Source of the DNA: Candidatus Multivoradales bacterium
Lineage (GTDB): Bacteria > Acidobacteriota > Thermoanaerobaculia > Multivoradales > Multivoraceae
DNA: 64,000 nt
Assembly (NCBI GenBank): GCA_965223325.1
Contig: CBDCWI010000001.1
Coordinates: 32,001-96,000 of the forward strand
Direction: 5' to 3'
Part shown: positions 46,250 through 54,769 of the stretch, piece by piece
Layout of the letters: each line of letters starts with the position of its first letter
Numbering within the stretch: the stretch's first letter is position 1
The notes under the pieces: generated by a model
What the model was told of the DNA's origin: nothing
The model's input: only the letters and a program-made list of their open reading frames with translations
The model's database searches: none
Position numbers and translations under genes: made by a program

Positions 46250-47779
46250 TCACGGCAGGGCCAGGGTCTTTCGCACCAGCTCCAGAGCTTCCTCGCCAGC
46301 CACCGGGGCACCCGCCATGCAGGCTTCACGGTCTTCGATCAAACCACACCGAACGGCAGCGGCGCAGGCGGTGGAGCTCGTCACTGCCCCGGTGCCAGGC
46401 ACGTCGGCAGAACAGGAACCGCGACCAAATCGCTGGTCCAGCCGCAGGAGACCGGCGAACAGGTGGCCGCGATTGGTCTTACGCTCCGGATCGAAGCGGT
46501 TGAGGGTCGAGTCCGTCAAGTCCATGAGACCCAGGTTCAGCACCTTGACGATCTCTCGGTTCCGTGGGTGGTCCAGAACGTCCGAGGCAATCCGCCCAGA
46601 TCCGGTGGCGGCGCTCCGTACGCTCGGGACCGTCCAGTAAAACAGCGTCGCCAGGTCACCACGCTCGAGTTCAGGTTTGGCGACCACATCCTGTACATAC
46701 TTAGGCAGGTTCTCGAGACGCCAACGAAAGGTCGCCGCTGCGAGTCGATCGGGGAGGTCCGGGTCCTCCGGGTACTGCCTGACCAACTGGCGATAGATAT
46801 CGAGGCCTAGATGAGCCTCCCCCACGGCGACCTCGAGCTCCGCGCGACGTTCCAAATCCCCGCGCTCCAGGGTCGTACGCTCCGCGAGCTGCCTGAGAAG
46901 CTCGAGCTCGCTCTGCCGATCGCCCGAAGACGAAGCGAGCAGGCGCTCTGCAGCGAGCGTCCGGTCTGAGCCCGGCCTCCACTCTCGCAGAAGCGCAAAC
47001 TGATCGAGGGCTCTCTCCCGCTCGTCGCGCGCCAAGGCGTCCTCGAAAGCCAATTCGACCTGAGTGAGCGCCGCTTCTTCCAGGCCTGCGGCTCGAGACT
47101 GGGCGTCGCTCGAGCGTTCGCCGGCGTTTCGAAAAGCACGGTAGGCCACGACCACGTCGTTCTCGAGGTCAGCTGCCCTTCCGAGCGCCAGCTGGCCGGC
47201 GAAGTAGTCGGGGACTCCTTCGAGATCGAGGCCTCGGAGCCGTTCCAGAGCGAGCTGACTCTGACCATGGACGAGATCGATCTGTGCGAGCAACACGGCC
47301 GCCGGGGTGAGGCCCTGGTTACGACGGAGTAGGGCTTCAGCAGAGCTACGTGCTACCTCGGGAAGACCGTCGTCCGAGAAGGCTCGCCAGGCACGCTGGA
47401 GCTCCAGGCGCTCATCGGTCGCCGTGGGTCCGAGCCAGCCTTCGAGGGGTGACCGGATCCAAGTGAGCGCAGCGGTTTCGAGACCTGGGTCTGGCCCGGC
47501 GCTACTCGACGCACATCCCACCAGAAACGCCAACGCCAGCGTGGCAGGCCCTGCGAGCCGCAGTGTGCTGAACAACAGCGTCGACAACGTGCCATGCACC
47601 ACCGACTGAGTGCCAGGCACTACGGCAGCACGGCGGCGAGCCGCGGTGCCAGGGACTCCGGAGACCCCTCCAGGGGACACTCCGCGAGTGCCCAGGACTT
47701 CGATCGACCCGTGGCGACGGCGTCGGGCGACCGGAGGGCGCCCGATTCTCTTCATGAACGCGTGCGCGTTCCCGGTCAC
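46250..47779 (-). CDS. TPR-like lipoprotein with C-terminal SLH-like region; true start probably downstream
   Basis: Lipobox LVGC, Ala/Leu helical repeats, SDV.DHP...I..V..LGLM...F.P. Confidence 0.75.
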   Translation of the reverse strand: MTGNAHAFMKRIGRPPVARRRRHGSIEVLGTRGVSPGGVSGVPGTAARRRAAVVPGTQSVVHGTLSTLLFSTLRLAGPATLALAFLVGCASSSAGPDPGLETAALTWIRSPLEGWLGPTATDERLELQRAWRAFSDDGLPEVARSSAEALLRRNQGLTPAAVLLAQIDLVHGQSQLALERLRGLDLEGVPDYFAGQLALGRAADLENDVVVAYRAFRNAGERSSDAQSRAAGLEEAALTQVELAFEDALARDERERALDQFALLREWRPGSDRTLAAERLLASSSGDRQSELELLRQLAERTTLERGDLERRAELEVAVGEAHLGLDIYRQLVRQYPEDPDLPDRLAAATFRWRLENLPKYVQDVVAKPELERGDLATLFYWTVPSVRSAATGSGRIASDVLDHPRNREIVKVLNLGLMDLTDSTLNRFDPERKTNRGHLFAGLLRLDQRFGRGSCSADVPGTGAVTSSTACAAAVRCGLIEDREACMAGAPVAGEEALELVRKTLALP

Positions 47780-47802
47780 GTTTTTTGTTCCCTCGGCGAC
47801 GA

Positions 47803-48012
47803 TCAGGCGGTCAGATGAATCGTCGCAATGGCATGCTTGTAGATGAGCACTTCAGTCTGGTCGTCAAGCTCGAGGACGATGGCAAAACGATCGAAGCGCT
47901 TGATACGACCAGGGAGTTCCTTCCCTGTTGTCAGGTGGACTGAGAGCTTGTTGGCCTCCTTCAGATTCTGAAAGAGAAAGCCGTCCTGGATGTTGATGTT
48001 GTGCTTGCTCAT
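47803..48012 (-). CDS. hfq: RNA chaperone Hfq
   Basis: NIQD.FL, FDRF, LIYKHAI; follows miaA. Confidence 0.92.
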   Translation of the reverse strand: MSKHNINIQDGFLFQNLKEANKLSVHLTTGKELPGRIKRFDRFAIVLELDDQTEVLIYKHAIATIHLTA

Positions 48013-49058
48013 GAGCCCCCCCTAGCAAGGGATGAAAATAGATTAGCGATACGAAGTGCTGCCGAAGAGGCCGTGCGGGAATCGAACCAGGTGATGTCTC
48101 GCTCGCGACGAAACCACGTCTCCTGACGCTTTGCATACCTTCGAGTCGCCTTGACGGTTTCCGACACTGCCCGTGCGAGGTCGATTTCACCTCGTACGTG
48201 CATCGCCAGTTCGCGATACCCGATTGCCTGAAAGCTCACCGGCACCGCCTGCGCGTCGAGCATGGGGCCCGGCACGCCCAGCGAGGACGACGTCTGCGCG
48301 CCTCGCCCCCTGGCACCCCGGGGGTACCGGTCGAGCACGCGACGGACCTCGTCGAGCCAACCCTCAGAAAGCATTCGCTCTATCCGCAAGGAAATCGCAT
48401 CGTACAGGACCGCTCTCGGGAGGGTCAATCCAATCCGAAGCACCGGTAGCGGGGGGCCTGAAGGATGCCGGCGATGCCACTCGGAGATCGCGACTCCAGA
48501 TTGAGCCAACACTTCGGTCGCCCGAAGGATCCGCTGTGTGTCCCCCGCCTCGAGCCGCGACGCAGTCTCCGGGTCGTGCTCGATGAGCTCTCGATAGAGG
48601 ACAGCCAGCCCTTCCTGCTCGCAGCGTGCCGCCACCCTTTCCCGCACCCTCTGCTCCACCTTGGGGACCACGGTCAGCCCCTCGAAGAGTGCGCGGAGGT
48701 AGAGGCCGCTGCCACCGACGACGATCGGCACGCGACCGCGACCGGCGATTTCGCGCACCACTGGGCGAGCTCGCCGCGAGAACTCGCCCGCCGACCAGGC
48801 CTCATCGACATCGAGGAAGTCGAAGAGATGGTGCGGCACCATCGCTCGCTCGGCCGCACTGGGCTTGGCCGTTCCCACTTCCAGTTCACGGTAGACTTGT
48901 AGGGCATCACCGTTGACGATTTCTCCGCCGAGCCTTTTCGCCAAGATGACTCCAAGCGCGCTCTTGCCGGTTGCCGTCGGTCCCAGAATCGCCAGACAAG
49001 GAGGACCCGTCCACGGGTCGTCGGGAGGTGTCACGGTCTCGGGGTCGTTCATGGACAT
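48009..49058 (-). CDS. miaA: tRNA dimethylallyltransferase
   Basis: GPTATGKS, GTAKP, GGSGLY, AIGYRE, YAKRQ.TW. Confidence 0.96.
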   Translation of the reverse strand: MSMNDPETVTPPDDPWTGPPCLAILGPTATGKSALGVILAKRLGGEIVNGDALQVYRELEVGTAKPSAAERAMVPHHLFDFLDVDEAWSAGEFSRRARPVVREIAGRGRVPIVVGGSGLYLRALFEGLTVVPKVEQRVRERVAARCEQEGLAVLYRELIEHDPETASRLEAGDTQRILRATEVLAQSGVAISEWHRRHPSGPPLPVLRIGLTLPRAVLYDAISLRIERMLSEGWLDEVRRVLDRYPRGARGRGAQTSSSLGVPGPMLDAQAVPVSFQAIGYRELAMHVRGEIDLARAVSETVKATRRYAKRQETWFRRERDITWFDSRTASSAALRIANLFSSLARGGS

Positions 49059-49178
49059 CGGCTTCGCTCGGTGCTGGCAGCGTTCTAGAAGTCAGGCTTC
49101 CAATGCTGCCCGACCGGGTCGGGCGGTGAAGTGGTCGCCGGCGGACGGGTCGCTGAGGGCAGACCCCAAGCCGGCGGC

Positions 49179-51590
49179 CTATCTCGAGGGTGGAAGATCG
49201 CACGTTACCTCGACCTGGAGCGGGTGACCGCGCCTCAGGTTGACCCTGACCTGTCCGTTCAGGTCGGTCCTGAAGACCTGGACGGGGAGTTCGCTCAGTC
49301 GCTCCAGGACCTCTTCGGCCGGGTGTCGGTAGCGATTGCGCCGGCCGACCGAGACCAACGCGACCTTGGGTCTGACGGCTGCGAGCCAGGGCACCCCGGT
49401 CGACGTCTTGCTCCCGTGGTGTGCGACTTTCAACACATCACACGCAATCGCGTCGCGACGAGAGAGTAGAGCTTCCTCTCCCTGTCGGTCGATGTCGCCG
49501 GTGAACAGAACGCAGTGCCCCTCGACCTCGGCGCGGACCACGAGGGAGTCGCGGTTGCGCGAGCGCCTGCCCTCGTCGCGCCTCGGAGATAGGACATCGA
49601 ACCGCCACTCCCCGAAGCGAAAGCGGTCACCCGCAGCGAGCTGCCGCGTCGCGGTCGCTCCGAACTCCGCGGCAAGTTTCGCCACGCAGCCCCCAGCGGC
49701 CTGGTCTTCGGCTGCGCGCACGGCCTTCTGGGCGACCCAGAGCTCACCGACCGGCACCCAATCGATCAGGTCGCGCACTCCCTCACAGTGATCGCTGTCG
49801 CCGTGGCTCACTAGAACTGCATCGAGCCTCGCAACGTTGAGGCGACTGAGGGCTGGCACGAGCACTGACGCCGCGAAGTCGCCGCGCCGAAACCCACCTC
49901 CGTCGACCAGCAGGCTGGTGTTTCCACGCCGTAGGAGGATCGAGTCTCCTTGGCCCACGTCGAGCATCACGAGAGTTGTCGACGGCTCACTCTGCCCGTT
50001 GCTCTCAATCACCCCGGCCGGATCGCTGCCACTGAGCGACAGCAGCGCTACGAGCAAGAGTAGCCACGAACGGCGGCGGAGAACGATCAGCAGAAGCACC
50101 ACGACAACGGCCATGAGCGCGCGGACTGGCGAGATCACGAGCGTCCACCAAACCGACGGACGAAGCGACTCCAGAGTCTCGACCGGCCAGGCAATCATGT
50201 CGCCGACGAGCGAAAAGGTGTCGAGTGCCGAGCCGGACAGTACGCTGAGCGAAACCATCGCGCTGCCCAGAATGAGGGCGAAGACCAACCACAGGCTCGC
50301 CAATGGCTCGAGAACGAAGGTCAGCGGTGTCATCACGCCGAACACCGGAACCGTCAGGGGCGCGGTGGAGATCTGTGCCGCCCACGGCACCTGGAACGGC
50401 CACGTGCCAGGGCGCTGCCACCACCGCGACGGAGTAGTGTCTCGACCCCAGAGCTGGCCCTCACGCGATCGCGCTCTGGGCGACCGAGAGAAGAGCGGCA
50501 GCAGGACCAGGATGCCGAACGTCGCGGCCACCGTCAGCTGGAAGGACAGCGACGCGACGCGACGCGGGTCTGCCAGGACGAGGGCGGACACCGCCACCGA
50601 CAGGACGTCGAGCGGGCGAAAGGCACGGCCCGAGCCGAGGAGCAGGAGGCCGATGGTGGCGGTCAGTCCCGCGCGAACGACCGGGGCGCCCCAGCCGGCG
50701 ATGGTACAGAAGGCAAAGAGAACCGCCACCAGGAAGACGTTTCGGACTGGAAGCGGCAACCTGAGCAGGCGCAAGACGCCACTCGCCATCAGCGCTACGA
50801 GACCGACGTGCAGCCCTGAAACCGCGACCAGGTGTGCGAAGCCGAAACGGCGAAAGGTACGGGTGCTCTCTTCAGGGAGATACCCCTTCTCTCCGAGAAG
50901 AGTGGCAAACACCAGAGCGCAGCCAAGACCGCAGGAGTCGCCAGCGAGTCGTTCGATGAATCTGTTGCGGGAGGCTCGGAGCAGCCGAGGTGAGGACCCT
51001 TCGGCGGCTCCTGCACACGCCTCCAGCAGACGGCGACTCGGGGTCGTCAAAGCCAACTGCACTGCCCTGTCCCGGCCTCCGTTGTAGTAGGTCCCCACGG
51101 GGCGAAGCCTGCCCTTTAGTCGCAGACAGCTCGAGGCGGGCGGTTCCCCTTCGCCCGGAAGCGACAACGTCGCCCGGAGTTGTGCAACCGAGACGTGGTT
51201 TCGGTAGCGGGCGGCAACGACGCGCACCTCGCTGCGCCAACCGAAGTCGGATCTTTCCCAAGGGGATTCGACCTCGACCCTGAACGCTCCTCTTATCCCG
51301 TCCGAATGCGAAGAATCGACGTGCAACGTGGGGGCGCGCTCGGGACCTCCGGGAAGCGTCGTGACGGCAGCAAGTGTGCCAAGTGCAAAGCCGATCACTG
51401 CGACGCCTCGTCCGCCCCGGGCGATACCGAGCAGCAGAAGGAGAACGAGCGGTCCCACCGGAGCCGTCGTGTGAAGGCCAAGGCTCGCACTCAGCCACAC
51501 GGAGAGGGCCACCTGGAGGGCCGTATGGGGCGCGGCCCGGCGCGTGAATCGCCGTGGCGAGGAGTCAAACGAGAGATTTCTTCCAGTCAC
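49179..51590 (-). CDS. comEC: DNA uptake competence protein ComEC/Rec2
   Basis: HLVAVSGLH, SFQL, DVGQGD, SHGDSDH, HHGS. Confidence 0.93.
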   Translation of the reverse strand: MTGRNLSFDSSPRRFTRRAAPHTALQVALSVWLSASLGLHTTAPVGPLVLLLLLGIARGGRGVAVIGFALGTLAAVTTLPGGPERAPTLHVDSSHSDGIRGAFRVEVESPWERSDFGWRSEVRVVAARYRNHVSVAQLRATLSLPGEGEPPASSCLRLKGRLRPVGTYYNGGRDRAVQLALTTPSRRLLEACAGAAEGSSPRLLRASRNRFIERLAGDSCGLGCALVFATLLGEKGYLPEESTRTFRRFGFAHLVAVSGLHVGLVALMASGVLRLLRLPLPVRNVFLVAVLFAFCTIAGWGAPVVRAGLTATIGLLLLGSGRAFRPLDVLSVAVSALVLADPRRVASLSFQLTVAATFGILVLLPLFSRSPRARSREGQLWGRDTTPSRWWQRPGTWPFQVPWAAQISTAPLTVPVFGVMTPLTFVLEPLASLWLVFALILGSAMVSLSVLSGSALDTFSLVGDMIAWPVETLESLRPSVWWTLVISPVRALMAVVVVLLLIVLRRRSWLLLLVALLSLSGSDPAGVIESNGQSEPSTTLVMLDVGQGDSILLRRGNTSLLVDGGGFRRGDFAASVLVPALSRLNVARLDAVLVSHGDSDHCEGVRDLIDWVPVGELWVAQKAVRAAEDQAAGGCVAKLAAEFGATATRQLAAGDRFRFGEWRFDVLSPRRDEGRRSRNRDSLVVRAEVEGHCVLFTGDIDRQGEEALLSRRDAIACDVLKVAHHGSKTSTGVPWLAAVRPKVALVSVGRRNRYRHPAEEVLERLSELPVQVFRTDLNGQVRVNLRRGHPLQVEVTCDLPPSR

Positions 51591-51698
51591 GTCCTTTTAG
51601 GACGTCGATTGGCTGCGAGCTTTGACTGTTTTCGAAAGCGCGCCGGCCGGCGGCAGCACCCGAAGCGAAGGCCAGAGTGCTAACGAAAGCCACGGGAG

Positions 51699-52397
51699 CT
51701 AAGAAAAGACCGAAAAGCGGGGCAAGCCCAGATGCGCGCGCAGAGTCTGATCGAACAGGCGAGAGCGGGCCTTTCCAAGCTCGTCGGATGACAGGCGTGT
51801 GGCCACTCGCTCGAGCGCCCTTTCGACGCTCGCCTCGATGGCGGCGCGCTCGGCGAGTTCGAGCCGCTTCTCGGCGTCACGCAGAATGTCCCTGCCGACC
51901 TGCTGTAACGCCTGTTCGACCTCCTCGGGCGACGGGAGTTGTTCGAGGGCGAGGATCTTGTCGTACCAGGTGGCGCGGTGCCAAAGTTCACTGGGCAGTA
52001 GGGAGGCAATCCTGGCGAGGGTGTTGGCCAAATCCATCCGGGGAACTGCAACCGGCGGGCGCGTATTGGCTGCACCCAATTCGCGCATTTCGGCCCAGGC
52101 CTTGCGAACCGCCCCATCGACGTATTGCAACGACGACACAGAAGCCGTCGCACCGCGCTCGGCGCGGCGCTCGAAGACGTCACGCAAGGTCGATTCGATC
52201 AGCTCGAGGTCGATTCCGTCGGCATGCCAGGCTTCTGCGACAACCCAATCTCGCGGCGACAGCAGCATGGGCTTGCCGCGGAGTGCCAGAAAACACTCCT
52301 CGATCCGTTGAAAGAACCACATCGACTCGTCTTCGGACGATCGTTTCTGCATGAAGGCGTTGGACTTCTTGGGCGTGTCGGTCTTGCGTTGGGTCAA
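51699..52397 (-). CDS. Conserved hypothetical protein
   Basis: F..IE..F...RG....LSP.DW....W...GI.L motif; coupled to birA. Confidence 0.7.
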   Translation of the reverse strand: MTQRKTDTPKKSNAFMQKRSSEDESMWFFQRIEECFLALRGKPMLLSPRDWVVAEAWHADGIDLELIESTLRDVFERRAERGATASVSSLQYVDGAVRKAWAEMRELGAANTRPPVAVPRMDLANTLARIASLLPSELWHRATWYDKILALEQLPSPEEVEQALQQVGRDILRDAEKRLELAERAAIEASVERALERVATRLSSDELGKARSRLFDQTLRAHLGLPRFSVFS

Positions 52398-53242
52398 GGG
52401 CTCTTCCGGTCGTCGCTGCTGATCTCTGGCGGCGGAAACTCCAGCGATTCACCGGAACTGATCACACGATCGCGCCCGGCCTCGAGTAGGAGGAGGTGAC
52501 CCTCGTCGGTCACGCCTTGAAAGGTACCCTCGACCACTTCGTCTGGGAGTCGAATGCGCATGGGTTCTCCTGGTTCGTGGGTTACCAGCTGGCGATAGCG
52601 CGCCACGCCGCTGGGTCCGAGGTCATCGGTCGCCTCAAGCACCGCGGTGGCGAGGCTTTCAAGAAGACGAACCCGGGCCTGCGCTCCGCGGACAGATGTC
52701 GCACCCAGGAGCCTGAGCGAGATCGCCGAGGGTAGCGGAAGCTGAGTCGCCTGGTGGGCAACGTTAATGCCAAAACCGATCACGAGCCCGGTCTTGTCAG
52801 ATGCAGCCAGGGCCTCGATGAGGATTCCGCCGAGTTTTCGGCCGCGGCACATCAGGTCGTTGGGCCACTTGAGGCGCACGTCATCGTCGGGCGCGACCTT
52901 CGAGAGCTCGTCAGCCAACGCCACCGCTACCCGAACCGGCAAACCCGCAAGCCCCCGGCGTGCCAGGGACCGCGTCATAACAATCGATGCGTATATGCCC
53001 AGACCCGCATCGCTACACCAGCTGTTGCCCCTACGACCGCGTGCACCGGTCTGTTCGTGGGCAACCAGAAGAGACGGCTGCGCTGGTGCCTCGTCACGAA
53101 ACGCCTGTGCCAGGACGAATCGCCCCAGGTCGTTCGTCGAACCAATCGTTTCGAGCCCTACCAGGTTGAAGTCCATCGACGACTCGTAGAGCGCGTCGCA
53201 AAGCCCACTCCAGGGTGGCGCCCAGGCCTGGGGGTCATCCAT
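52394..53242 (-). CDS. birA: Biotin--protein ligase
   Basis: STN, Q...RGRRGN.W, KWPND, KLGGIL. Confidence 0.92.
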   Translation of the reverse strand: MDDPQAWAPPWSGLCDALYESSMDFNLVGLETIGSTNDLGRFVLAQAFRDEAPAQPSLLVAHEQTGARGRRGNSWCSDAGLGIYASIVMTRSLARRGLAGLPVRVAVALADELSKVAPDDDVRLKWPNDLMCRGRKLGGILIEALAASDKTGLVIGFGINVAHQATQLPLPSAISLRLLGATSVRGAQARVRLLESLATAVLEATDDLGPSGVARYRQLVTHEPGEPMRIRLPDEVVEGTFQGVTDEGHLLLLEAGRDRVISSGESLEFPPPEISSDDRKSP

Positions 53243-53423
53243 ACATCCAGCTTACCGGCCCACCGTCCACTGCCACCGCGGTACCTGGCACCACGGGAAA
53301 CCACCTCGCGGACACTCCGGTCCCCTTCGGTCCCTCCCTGGGCCAGCACGATCTTTGCCAGCAAGGGTTCGCCACCGATCTGCGTCTCCAAGTAGGAGAG
53401 AACAACGACACAAGGGGAGCACC

Positions 53424-54431
53424 TTGCCTAGACAACCTCGAATCGTTCACCCCGGCCACCTGGTCGAGGCCACTAGTCGTACCGTTCAGTCCCGATTCCT
53501 GCTTACCCCAAGCAGGGAGTTCAACGAGCTCGCGACGGGCTCGGTGATCCACGCCGCTGAACTGACCGGTATGCCAGTATGCGCAGTCGTCTTCATGTCC
53601 AACCACTTCCACGCCCTCACCCGGCCCGAGAACGAAGATCAGCTGGCCGACTTCTACGGCTGCTTGAAGAGCCGTATTGCGAGGCTTGTTCAGGTACGAA
53701 CCGGCTGGGAGGGCAGCGTGTTCGCGAGGCGCTACGACGACATCACGGTCACCCTGGAGCCGGAAGCCGAGCTCGAACGCCTGTACTACCTGCTAAGCCA
53801 CGGCGTGAAAGAAGGCCTGGTTCGCAAGGCTGGCGAGTGGCCGGGCATCAACACTGTCAAGGCTCTGTGCTCGGGATCGAACCTGTTAAAAGGCAAGATC
53901 GTCGATCGACGCGCGTTCTACGAGGCCATGCGGAAATGGAACAGATCCAAGGATAGACTCAAGAAAGACCGACCCAGCGTCTCCGACTTCACCATTCCCA
54001 AGTCGCTCGAGCTCGCGCCTCTCCCATCGCAGGATCACCTGACCCACGAACAGAGGTCGGCGCAAGCGCGGGCCATTCTCGATCGAATCCACGAACGCTG
54101 GGCTGAGACGCGCAAGGGGGTCAGCGCATCGTCCCGACGACGAATCCTCCTCCAGAGCCACCTGTCTTCCCCGAGCAAAGAAAGCGCTAAGAAGAGGAAG
54201 AGGAAAAAGAAGCCTCGGGTTCACGCCGCGAGTCGCTCGGCCCGCGTTCAGTTCTGCGAAAGCATGGACGCCCTTCTCTCGGCGTACCGTCGATCATCGG
54301 CGCTCTGGAGGAACGGGGATCTGGAAGGTGTGCGCCTTTGCCCGGCGGGGATGTTCCTCCCCGGATGGCGGTCACTAACGACGGAAAGGCGCGCCGCGGT
54401 CCTGCTTCAGGTGGCGGCCAATCCGGGCTAG
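53424..54431 (+). mobile_element. Y1 HUH transposase, REP-associated (RAYT)-like
   Basis: MSNHFH HUH motif, FARRY, YL..H.V..GLV....W; TTG start after AAGGGGAG; flanked by palindromes. Confidence 0.8.
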
Positions 54432-54715
54432 TTTTGGCACGGCCACCGACACCGACCTCGAGCACCAGTCCCCACAGAGCCAGCTTTGCCCTAAGGCTGG
54501 CTGGTTGCCAAGCCTCAGTGCTCGAACGACAGGATCCCCCGGTTCCCAGGGACCCGTGTGTCCAGGTGTCGTGCTCGCCGGCGGTTTCCGGTCGTACTTG
54601 GCACCTTCGCCCTAGCGGAGCCGCCGTAACCTGACCTGAACGTGGTCAAGGGGCTCCTGCCTTTGGCGACGCCGACTCGGAAGCCACCGGGAAAGCCGCG
54701 ATGCCTGGCACTATC

Positions 54716-54763
54716 GGTGGTGGTGGTGGTGGTGGCACGATCGGTGGTGGTGGTGGTGGTGGT
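54716..54763. repeat. Interrupted (GGT)n microsatellite
   Basis: Two GGT runs just downstream of the valS stop. Confidence 0.85.
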
Positions 54764-54769
54764 CGAGAG

